Source: Candidatus Gottesmanbacteria bacterium (lineage in GTDB: Bacteria; Patescibacteriota; Microgenomatia; UBA10105; UBA927). From it: 35,878 nt of DNA. The stretch covers positions 11,932 through 47,809 of the forward strand of contig JAPLWC010000001.1 in assembly GCA_026396845.1 (NCBI GenBank), written 5' to 3'. The position numbers were made by a program, and so were the translations under genes. How positions within the stretch are numbered: the first letter of the stretch is position 1; the number at the start of each line of letters is the position of its first letter. The notes under the pieces are model-generated. The model did not search any database. It worked only from the letters and a program-made list of their open reading frames with translations, and was not told the origin of the DNA. This document shows positions 15,233 through 22,417 of the stretch, one piece after another.

Positions 15233-16402
15233 TTACTGCCTCACAAACCTAAATGTGGAGAGGAGTTGGGTAAAAGTTAATTTGTTTTGTTGGTATGTAG
15301 CATTATCAGACTGCATGCTTAGTGTATATAGCCATTCATTTTGATAATCAAAAGTATAGCCAATGTAGTGGATGTCTTGCATCCCGCGGCGTGTATCATC
15401 CGGTGTAGTTACTTCTTCAGTCTGAAGGGCAGAAATTTGGTCTACCCCTATGGTAGACGGTGTTCCCTTTATGAATTTTTGAATATAGTTTGTGTCCTTT
15501 GGATGGTGCTGCACCTGTATATTCACTAAACCCAAACGGGCGTGTACGTTTTCGGTGGGAAATACAATTTTGTGTGTGTCCAAAAACACCATTTTTGATG
15601 TATTGTTGTCATATTTTAGTGTGTCAAATTCCCAGACGGAGGGGTATTTAAATAGAAAATTGTAGTCATTGTCCGTATATGTTTTCCAATTTGAGGTATC
15701 AGTTGTTTGATCTAAAAACCTAAATGTGGAGAGGATTTGGTCCGCCTCTTTGAAAGAAGGTAAACTTTGAGTTTCTAAAAGCCATAATTTACCTTTGTAA
15801 ACGAAAAATATTCCTTTGACAGCGTTGACAGTCTCGCCATACGTTGATCTCGCTTCGATACTTGGTATACCCTGATATGTTCCTTGGGTTGTTTTGAAAG
15901 CTTTTGTGGTATATCGACCACCAAAGGTATCAGCACTAGCATCGGCAGCCGTCTGGAATTCTTTAAAGCATATTTCCAAATTTGTGCAAGAGTTAAGTAC
16001 CTGAACCGAAAAACTGGAATTATTTTTACTCCAATACATTCGGTCCAGTTCTTGCAACTCTTCATCAGTATAACCGCCTGCAGGATTGCCCCTTTCAGGT
16101 TCCCACCCAGGCGGAATTTTGACAGAATACATATTTTTAGTATTGATATACGTTTTCCAATTTGTTGTATTTAGCTGTTCTGGGGTTTGGGTGGGGATAG
16201 GGATTGATGTTTGGGTTGGTTTTGCGCCGAGATACGGGATGCGGAGGGCGGAGAGAAGCGGCGTTTTATCGATCATTAAGCCGATGATTATGCCGAATAT
16301 CAGAAGTAAAATACCGATTAATATGCCTGAATTTTTCTTTGGCGATGGGGGAACCGGCTGGGGGACCGGAGGAATGGGCGGTTGGACGACGGGAGTATCC
16401 AT
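15233..16402 (-). CDS. Membrane-anchored extracytoplasmic protein, paralog 3: two W..Y...ILSTFRF modules
   Basis: Pro-rich N-terminus, then TM helix GILIGILLLIFGIIIGLMI. Module 1 runs from NWKTYINTKNMYSVKIPPGW to ADQILSTFRFLDQ. Module 2 runs from NWKTYTDNDYNFLFKYPSVW to QLLSTFRFVRQ. Confidence 0.7.
   Translation of the reverse strand: MDTPVVQPPIPPVPQPVPPSPKKNSGILIGILLLIFGIIIGLMIDKTPLLSALRIPYLGAKPTQTSIPIPTQTPEQLNTTNWKTYINTKNMYSVKIPPGWEPERGNPAGGYTDEELQELDRMYWSKNNSSFSVQVLNSCTNLEICFKEFQTAADASADTFGGRYTTKAFKTTQGTYQGIPSIEARSTYGETVNAVKGIFFVYKGKLWLLETQSLPSFKEADQILSTFRFLDQTTDTSNWKTYTDNDYNFLFKYPSVWEFDTLKYDNNTSKMVFLDTHKIVFPTENVHARLGLVNIQVQHHPKDTNYIQKFIKGTPSTIGVDQISALQTEEVTTPDDTRRGMQDIHYIGYTFDYQNEWLYTLSMQSDNATYQQNKLTFTQLLSTFRFVRQ
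15255..15270 (-). repeat. Conserved 16-mer, copy 3 (GTGGAGAGGAGTTGGG, 2 mismatches)
   Basis: It shares the longer string AAACCTAAATGTGGAGAGGA with copy 4. Confidence 0.7.
15726..15741 (-). repeat. Conserved 16-mer GTGGAGAGGATTTGGT, copy 4
   Basis: Exact copy, preceded by AAACCTAAAT as in copy 3. Confidence 0.8.
16182..16202 (+). other. Canonical G-quadruplex motif on the template strand of the paralog 3 linker
   Basis: GGGG TTT GGG T GGGG ATA GGG. Confidence 0.5.
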
Positions 16403-16409
16403 AGTTTTA

Positions 16410-16619
16410 TTATTTAAGTTTCGAAATATGTGCTTGTCTTAGTATACTTGTAAGTGTTTTCCGTTTCAAATCTTTATTGTGCATCGGCACGGTGACCCGC
16501 AACCTGAGCGTCGGGTGGAAAAGGTGGAGGTGGCTGCCTATCTGGCGAAGTTCGACAAAGCCCTGCTTTTTGAGGATTTTCACAATCTTCCTCGGTTTGT
16601 AGCTGGGCAGTTTGGACAT
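16410..16619 (-). CDS. hicA: HicA-family mRNA interferase toxin
   Basis: 69 aa; KPRKIVKILKKQGFVELRQIGSHLHLFHP...VTVPMHNKDLKRKTLTSILRQA is the HicA/YcfA pattern with the catalytic His. Confidence 0.8.
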   Translation of the reverse strand: MSKLPSYKPRKIVKILKKQGFVELRQIGSHLHLFHPTLRLRVTVPMHNKDLKRKTLTSILRQAHISKLK

Positions 16620-16628
16620 ACAAAACGG

Positions 16629-16904
16629 TTATATTCCGGCGAGTGCTCCTCCGCGCGGAAGCCTGATGTCAATCATTGCGCTAAATGAATGAGAATCCGG
16701 CTCGGGAATGGACTCTCCAGCTTCAGAGAGAAGCTCAAGGTAGCCCTTGATGGCGTCCTCTACGTTGGTCTTGGCTTCTTCAAACGTATCTCCTTCGGTG
16801 ACTACGCCGGGAAGTTTGGGTACAGTCACAGTAAAACCGCCCTCTTCACAGGGTTCGAATATAGCGCTATAACGAAGGATTTTTTCAACTATTTTCTGTT
16901 TCAT
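16629..16904 (-). CDS. hicB: HicB-family antitoxin (UPF0150 fold)
   Basis: YSAIFEPCEEGGFTVTVPKLPGVVTEGDTFEEAKTNVEDAIKGYLE is the typical HicB N-domain. It lies 9 nt upstream of hicA. Confidence 0.75.
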   Translation of the reverse strand: MKQKIVEKILRYSAIFEPCEEGGFTVTVPKLPGVVTEGDTFEEAKTNVEDAIKGYLELLSEAGESIPEPDSHSFSAMIDIRLPRGGALAGI

Positions 16905-16915
16905 ATCATAGGAGT

Positions 16916-16924
16916 ATTATATCA
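16916..16924 (-). promoter_or_regulatory. Extended -10 element (TGATATAAT) for hicBA, using the Mur-ligase stop codon as its TG
   Basis: The complement of 16916-16924 reads TGATATAAT. It lies 11 nt from the hicB ATG at 16904. Confidence 0.4.
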
Positions 16925-18271
16925 CACTTCGACCCACCGTCCGGCGGCTTTTTTAACGCGCTGCCAGAAGGCGTTTTGGCGGCAGAGACGCGACACGTCT
17001 TCCTTATTTTTCAATAATAATTTGATGCTTTCTTCGAGCCATAAATTGCCCTGGGAGCCTTTAAACAGGATAAGAGAACGGATGGGAATATTTGAAAGCG
17101 CTTGGTTTAACTCGATGACGGAAGGAAACCATTCCACGTGTTTCAACTTTTTTTCAACGATTGGTAAAATGAAACGTTTTGTTAACGGACCGACTAAATA
17201 CAGAGTGTCGGGAATGGTGCCGATCGCGCGGGCGACGGCTTCGTGTTCGATCTGGGATTCGTTGCCCAGTTCCAGCATGTCTGCCAAAACGACAATTGTG
17301 TGACGGCGGCTCTGCCTTTTTAACGTTGCCGTCATTTCTAAAAATGAAAGAACGGATGGTTTGGAGGCGTTGTACGAAGAGTCGATGATAATGGAATTAT
17401 TGATGCCGGCGAGTAAACTTTCACGTCCGCGCGGCGGGGTGAAGTTTTTTTCAAGATTTTTTTTGATAACGTCTAAAGGAATATTGAGTTTGTAGGCTGC
17501 TAGTATTGCCGGCGCAAACACATACACAAGGTCCTTGGGAAAAGCAAAACCTTTAAATTGAAAAGTAATTGGCGTATCTCCAAGAACATACGAAAATGTT
17601 GTTTTATGAATATCGACGGAATAATCGGTTATACGGATAGCAGCATCGTTTGAACGGCCGAATGTAAGAACTTTTGATCCGCTAAGCGGAGTCAAAAATT
17701 TATTATCGCCATTCACAATTCCCAATGCGCATTTATCCTGCTTGATCATTTTGGCGTCTTCGCGGGTTATGGCTTCAACAAGAAATTTTAATCGTTCACT
17801 ATCCGTAAGAATTATTTTTGAATCTAGTATTTTTTCAAACTGCATCGTATGGGCGGCGGATTCTTCCGTGATAATGCCGATATCGGGTTTGACGATGGTA
17901 AGTAAATACTCCATGTTTTTCGGCGGATACGGGTCATCAATACCCATTTCGACGATAATGTAGCGAATGTGTTTCAAAAATCCGACGCGCAGGGGCGCCG
18001 TTACCATCATCCGTGCCCAGTCGGCGGGAGAGTAATCATGAGGAAACAATCCGACGAGTCCTAAGGGGACGCCGGTTTCTGAATTTCCCGAGACCATATG
18101 CGTGGGGCCGACGTCCTTAAGGATTGCAAAAAGCGCTTCACGGGTGCTGGTTTTTCCGACGGATCCCGCGATACCTATGACCGTCGCCCGGCTTCTGGAA
18201 AGCGCCAAACGTCCGATCGTCCGCAGGTACCGGAGGACGAACGGGACGAGAAAGGCCTTGATGCGTTTCAT
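16922..18271 (-). CDS. Mur ligase family protein (MurF-like, short N-terminus)
   Basis: The P-loop VIGIAGSVGKTSTREAL sits at residue ~31, and the middle and C-terminal domain lengths match Mur ligases. The N-terminal domain seen in MurF appears absent. Confidence 0.7.
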   Translation of the reverse strand: MKRIKAFLVPFVLRYLRTIGRLALSRSRATVIGIAGSVGKTSTREALFAILKDVGPTHMVSGNSETGVPLGLVGLFPHDYSPADWARMMVTAPLRVGFLKHIRYIIVEMGIDDPYPPKNMEYLLTIVKPDIGIITEESAAHTMQFEKILDSKIILTDSERLKFLVEAITREDAKMIKQDKCALGIVNGDNKFLTPLSGSKVLTFGRSNDAAIRITDYSVDIHKTTFSYVLGDTPITFQFKGFAFPKDLVYVFAPAILAAYKLNIPLDVIKKNLEKNFTPPRGRESLLAGINNSIIIDSSYNASKPSVLSFLEMTATLKRQSRRHTIVVLADMLELGNESQIEHEAVARAIGTIPDTLYLVGPLTKRFILPIVEKKLKHVEWFPSVIELNQALSNIPIRSLILFKGSQGNLWLEESIKLLLKNKEDVSRLCRQNAFWQRVKKAAGRWVEV

Positions 18272-18537
18272 GACTTCTCTTCCAGCTTATCAATAAGTCT
18301 GGTCAATTGGTAGGTGACAGAAACTGCGATCACCGTGATGATGACCGCATAAATCGCAAGTGATAGGAGCCCGCTTCCGGAAGGCAGGTATGGTTTTATT
18401 TTGGTTGCAACGAATTCCTGGATGACGTTGTTCCAGGCAAGCGCGGCCACCAACCCGAAACCGCTGGCGGCCAGTGTCAGCATTTGTTTGAGAATTAGCA
18501 AGTGCAAACGCTTTCGTTGTTGATTTTTTTGTTCCAT
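18268..18537 (-). CDS. Small two-TM membrane protein (DUF5654-like)
   Basis: MEQKNQQRKRLHLLILKQMLTLAASGFGLVAALAWNNVIQEF... The ATG at 18537 lies 6 nt after a TATAAT (complement of 18544-18549). It has an ATGA overlap with the Mur ligase gene. Confidence 0.6.
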   Translation of the reverse strand: MEQKNQQRKRLHLLILKQMLTLAASGFGLVAALAWNNVIQEFVATKIKPYLPSGSGLLSLAIYAVIITVIAVSVTYQLTRLIDKLEEKS

Positions 18538-18548
18538 GCGGTTATTAT
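18520..18548 (+). promoter_or_regulatory. Promoter TTGATT-17-TATTAT for the Fic gene, overlapping the divergent TATAAT of the minus-strand operon
   Basis: TTGATT at 18520-18525 and TATTAT at 18543-18548, with ATG at 18560. The same AT-rich core read on the other strand gives TATAAT, 6 nt before the 18537 ATG. Confidence 0.4.
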
Positions 18549-18559
18549 ACAGGAAATTT

Positions 18560-19612
18560 ATGTACACCCCCAAATTTACAATTACCAATAAAATTCTCAA
18601 ATACATCGGCGTGGTTGAGTCGGCGCGTGAGGTTATCGAGAATGCGCCATTGGTGCCTGCCTGGGAAGCTAAATTCCGTGAAGAGGCGCTGGTACGCACT
18701 GTTCATCACGGGACGCATATCGAGGGCAATGAACTCAATATTACCGAAGCGGAAAAAGTATTGGCGGGTGCAAAAATTGTCGGCCGCGACCGGGATATAC
18801 AGGAAGTACTCAATTACCGGAATGTATTGCAGTTTATCGAGCAGTATGACAATAACGAAATTTCCTCCGAAACATTAAAGCATGTCCATTCTCTTACGGT
18901 TTACAGGATGTTAGCCGATGACGTGACAGGTGAATACCGCAGGACCCAGGTTGTCGTAAAAAATTCAGCGACAGGGGAAATTACATTCCGTCCGCCGCCG
19001 GCGGTGGAAATTCCGTTTCTTATTGATTCATTTTTGCGTTGGCTGAACGGTATTGGTCCGGATGACATGCACGCAGTCCTCAAAGCCGGTATTGTCCATT
19101 ATGAGCTGGTGCGTATTCATCCGTTTTTGGATGGCAACGGCCGTGTCGCACGCGCCGCAGCGACGCTCGTATTGGTGAAAGAAGGGTATGACATCAAGCG
19201 CTTTTTCTCGCTTGAGGAATATTATGACCGCGAGCCGCTCGCTTACTACGATGCTCTGCAGAGTGTAGCAAAACAAGAGGGAAATCTCACAAACTGGATC
19301 GAATACTTTACCGAAGGGCTCGCCATTGAACTCACACGCATCAAAGAAAAGGTCAAGGCATTGTCCACCGATTTGAAGATTAAAAAATCGTTGGGAGGAC
19401 AGCAGCTGGCGCTTTCGGAACGGCAGATTAAGGTGGTGGAGTTTATCCAGGAAAACGGATTTTTGCAGAACAAAGCGTTTTTTGAGTTGTTCCCCATGAT
19501 TTCGGAAGATACCGTACTGCGGGAGATCAAGGATCTTATCAAAAAAGGGATCCTCAGAAAAGAAGGCTCCACTAAAGGTGTCAAGTACGTCTTGACGACC
19601 GGAGGAGAGTAA
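18560..19612 (+). CDS. Fic/DOC-family protein (Fic_N + Fic core + C-terminal wHTH-like region)
   Basis: The Fic motif HPFLDGNGRVARAAATL, and upstream THIEGNEL, which resembles the inhibitory (S/T)xxxE(G/N) helix. 350 aa from ATG 18560. Confidence 0.85.
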   Translation: MYTPKFTITNKILKYIGVVESAREVIENAPLVPAWEAKFREEALVRTVHHGTHIEGNELNITEAEKVLAGAKIVGRDRDIQEVLNYRNVLQFIEQYDNNEISSETLKHVHSLTVYRMLADDVTGEYRRTQVVVKNSATGEITFRPPPAVEIPFLIDSFLRWLNGIGPDDMHAVLKAGIVHYELVRIHPFLDGNGRVARAAATLVLVKEGYDIKRFFSLEEYYDREPLAYYDALQSVAKQEGNLTNWIEYFTEGLAIELTRIKEKVKALSTDLKIKKSLGGQQLALSERQIKVVEFIQENGFLQNKAFFELFPMISEDTVLREIKDLIKKGILRKEGSTKGVKYVLTTGGE

Positions 19613-19628
19613 GAGATGATAGAGAGGT

Positions 19629-19814
19629 ATGGATCTTTCAGGACCGGGCGTGGTCTACGCGCTCATGATTATCCCATCATTGTTTGTAGCTGTTGTTATC
19701 TTCCGGGGGATAGAAAAGGTATCCAAACATGAGCCGGACGGCGGGGTCGCCATAGGATTTGGCATAGTGTTTCTCGTACTTATCGTCCTTGCCTACTTTT
19801 TCTATATTAAATGA
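19629..19814 (+). CDS. Hypothetical 61-aa two-TM membrane protein
   Basis: Two hydrophobic helices. It has an ATGA overlap with the ligase start at 19811. Confidence 0.5.
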   Translation: MDLSGPGVVYALMIIPSLFVAVVIFRGIEKVSKHEPDGGVAIGFGIVFLVLIVLAYFFYIK

Positions 19815-21562
19815 CATTCTCCGAGCTTGCTAAGTATTTTCAACGTCTTGAAGCCACGGCATCAAGGAACAGCATGACTGAAATCCTCTCAGAGCTTTTC
19901 CACAAGGCCAAACCGCAGGAAATCGGTGAAATATGTTATTTATTACAGGGGCGTACGGTTCCTCTGTATGAAGCTGTGGAGTTTGGTATAGCGGATAAAT
20001 TGATGATCCGCGCCATTGCGCTGGCTTATGTTTGTGATGAAAACAAAGTAAGACAATTATTTAAAAAATTTGGAGATTTGGGTAAATCAGCAGAGGATTG
20101 TTATCATGCCCGCCCGCCGGCGAGGCAGGTAACGGAACATGATAACAAAGGATATTCCGTCCATGATGTTTTTGTTAAACTAGATGAGCTTGCACGGGTC
20201 AGAGGTGCGGGATCGCAGGAGAAAAAAATCGGATTGCTTGCAGACCTCTTAAGCCACGTGGATGCGCTATCCTCACGCTATATCGTACGCATTCCCCTGG
20301 ATAAATTGCGTCTGGGATTTTCGGATATGACTATTTTGGACGCACTGTCATGGATGGAGGTTGGGGATAAGTCCCTTCGAGGGCGTCTCGAGGCGGTATA
20401 CAATGTCCGTCCGGATATAGGACTTTTGGCGGCTGAAGTAAAAAGGAAAGGGGTCGCTGGGTTAGCGCATATCCATGCAAAAGTCGGGGCGCCGATTCTC
20501 GCGTCGCTCTGTGCGCGGCTTCCCAATGCCGACGAGATGGTGAAGAAAATGGGCGAGGTGGCGGTAGAACCCAAGTATGACGGCGTGCGAGTGCAAATTC
20601 ATTTCAAGCGCGGAATGGGGGTTTCCTCATTTTCACGGAACCTGGAAAATACGTCGCCCATGTTTCCGGAACTCAATGATATCGGCCGCGAACTTGCGGC
20701 TGTAGAGGTGATTTTGGACAGTGAAGCGGTCGGGTATGACGCCCAGCAAGACCGTTTGATCCCGTTTCAGGAAACGGTAACGAGAAAACGGAAGCACGGG
20801 ATCACCGAATCCGCCAAAAACATTCCCCTAAAGTTTTTCGTATTCGATATCCTCTACAAAAACGGGAAAGAATTATTGTCCATACCCCTCATGGAACGAC
20901 GGAAAATTCTTGAGGAAACCCTTCGTCCGCCAGCCGGCGGATCAGGGCATCTTATGCTTTCGCCGCAGATCGTGACTCGTGACGCAAACGTGATACGTCA
21001 ATATCACGATGAACAATTGAAAAAAGGATTAGAAGGCGCGGTGGTGAAAAAATGGGACAGTATCTACGAACCGGGTAGAGCCGGTTATCACTGGGTGAAG
21101 TTTAAAGAGGAAGAGGGAAAAACGGGAAAACTCACGGATACGATAGATGCCGTCATCATGGGATATTACCGCGGAGAGGGGAAACGTTCGAGCTTCGGGA
21201 TCGGCGCATTTCTTGTGGGAGTCGTGCGCGGCGACTCTATTGTGACGGTTACCAAAATCGGGACGGGTGTATCGGACGAGCTCTGGAAAGAAATCCGCAA
21301 ACGCCTGAACGATATTAAAGTTTCTCAGCAGCCTAAAGAGTACAAAGAGGTTAATAAGCTGCTTATTCCTGATGTGTGGGTGGCGCCCAAAATCGTTGTT
21401 GAGCTGGCAGGCGACGACCTGACCCGGTCGCCGACGCACGGGGCCGGCATCGCCGTCCGGTTCCCGCGCTTGGTACGCATCCGGGATGATAAATCTCCGC
21501 GGGAGGCAACGACCGTTCGCGAGCTGACCACTATGTACAAGAATCAGGGATCTCGCGTATAA
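19811..21562 (+). CDS. lig: ATP-dependent DNA ligase, Lig1/archaeal type with N-terminal DNA-binding domain
   Basis: Adenylation motif I AVEPKYDGVRVQIH, then LDSEAV, FVFDILY, GLEGAVVKK, and the motif VI region RFPRLVRIRDDK. 583 aa. Confidence 0.9.
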   Translation: MTFSELAKYFQRLEATASRNSMTEILSELFHKAKPQEIGEICYLLQGRTVPLYEAVEFGIADKLMIRAIALAYVCDENKVRQLFKKFGDLGKSAEDCYHARPPARQVTEHDNKGYSVHDVFVKLDELARVRGAGSQEKKIGLLADLLSHVDALSSRYIVRIPLDKLRLGFSDMTILDALSWMEVGDKSLRGRLEAVYNVRPDIGLLAAEVKRKGVAGLAHIHAKVGAPILASLCARLPNADEMVKKMGEVAVEPKYDGVRVQIHFKRGMGVSSFSRNLENTSPMFPELNDIGRELAAVEVILDSEAVGYDAQQDRLIPFQETVTRKRKHGITESAKNIPLKFFVFDILYKNGKELLSIPLMERRKILEETLRPPAGGSGHLMLSPQIVTRDANVIRQYHDEQLKKGLEGAVVKKWDSIYEPGRAGYHWVKFKEEEGKTGKLTDTIDAVIMGYYRGEGKRSSFGIGAFLVGVVRGDSIVTVTKIGTGVSDELWKEIRKRLNDIKVSQQPKEYKEVNKLLIPDVWVAPKIVVELAGDDLTRSPTHGAGIAVRFPRLVRIRDDKSPREATTVRELTTMYKNQGSRV

Positions 21563-21575
21563 TACAGGCCACATT

Positions 21576-22394
21576 ATGGCCATTCACTATTCCATCATTA
21601 TTCCTACCCTGAATGAAGAGAAGTTCCTGCCGAAATTATTGACCTCTCTTGCCGCGCAGACGCGCCGGGATTTTGAGGTTATCGTAGCGGATGGCGCATC
21701 GCGCGATAAGACGCGGGTGGTGGCACAGTCGTTTAAAGGAAAATTGCCGAAACTTACCGTACTGTCCGTTCCCTATCCGAATGTTTCCAAACAACGAAAT
21801 GCAGGAGCGGAAATTGCCAAAGGATCATGGTTTATTTTTCTGGACGCTGACAGCATTCTGTTGCCCTATACGCTGGAGCGCTCTGATGCATTTATCCGGG
21901 GAAAAAAACCGAGTTTATTTACGACGTGGTTTCGCTCCGATACGGAGAATCCTTCGGATGCACTCGTCACGCTTTTGACGGATATGTTTATTGAAGCTGC
22001 ACTTTTATTGCACAGGCCCGCCACACAGGGTACGTTTATGGCTGTTTCAAGGAGTGCATTTCTGTCGGTTCACGGATTTGACGAACGGCATATGTTCGGC
22101 GAAGATTATGATCTGACGAAGCGATTGACTCAAAAAGGCAACAAACTGCATATCCTTCGGGAAACGCTGTATGTGTATTCGTTGCGGCGCCTGCGGTATC
22201 AGAAAACATTGAAGACCCTCCAGCTCTACGCCCGTTCAGTATTTTCCGTTCTTTTGACCAACAAAACACCGCGTTCGATGCCTGGCTATATCATGGGAGG
22301 GGCCCCATATAACCAAAAAAAAGATCGCCGCCAATCCGTCGCAAGACAATTTAATAAAAAGTTCCGTGCCTTCATGCGGGAAGTGTTTGAATAA
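21576..22394 (+). CDS. Family 2 glycosyltransferase
   Basis: YSIIIPTLNEEKFL, VIVADGASRD, and the FLDADS (DXD) motif. Confidence 0.8.
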   Translation: MAIHYSIIIPTLNEEKFLPKLLTSLAAQTRRDFEVIVADGASRDKTRVVAQSFKGKLPKLTVLSVPYPNVSKQRNAGAEIAKGSWFIFLDADSILLPYTLERSDAFIRGKKPSLFTTWFRSDTENPSDALVTLLTDMFIEAALLLHRPATQGTFMAVSRSAFLSVHGFDERHMFGEDYDLTKRLTQKGNKLHILRETLYVYSLRRLRYQKTLKTLQLYARSVFSVLLTNKTPRSMPGYIMGGAPYNQKKDRRQSVARQFNKKFRAFMREVFE

Positions 22395-22395
22395 C

Positions 22396-22411
22396 CCCCG
22401 CCATGGCGGGG
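22396..22411. other. Perfect 16-nt GC-rich palindrome CCCCGCCATGGCGGGG between GT2 and EndoQ
   Basis: The sequence is self-complementary and contains the first in-frame ATG (22403). If it folds, it would mask that ATG, which favours 22418 as the start. Confidence 0.4.
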
Positions 22412-22417
22412 CAAGCT

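Noticed and set aside
12631-15741. Four copies of GTGGAGAGGATTTGGT as a possible CRISPR or other non-coding repeat array.
   Set aside because: The spacing is irregular (about 1.1, 1.5 and 0.5 kb). All copies lie in frame within coding sequence and encode the QILSTF module ends. No cas genes are present.
16689-17303. Long antisense ORFs: 16689..17303 (+), and similarly 21029..21583 (-), 24106..24549 (-), 25598..26098 (-), 33210..33746 (-) and 10586..10978 (-).
   Set aside because: Each lies entirely opposite a gene with strong family motifs (Mur ligase, DNA ligase, PRTase, acyP/membrane protein, permease, recF). Each also has a Ser/Arg/Pro-rich shadow-frame composition.
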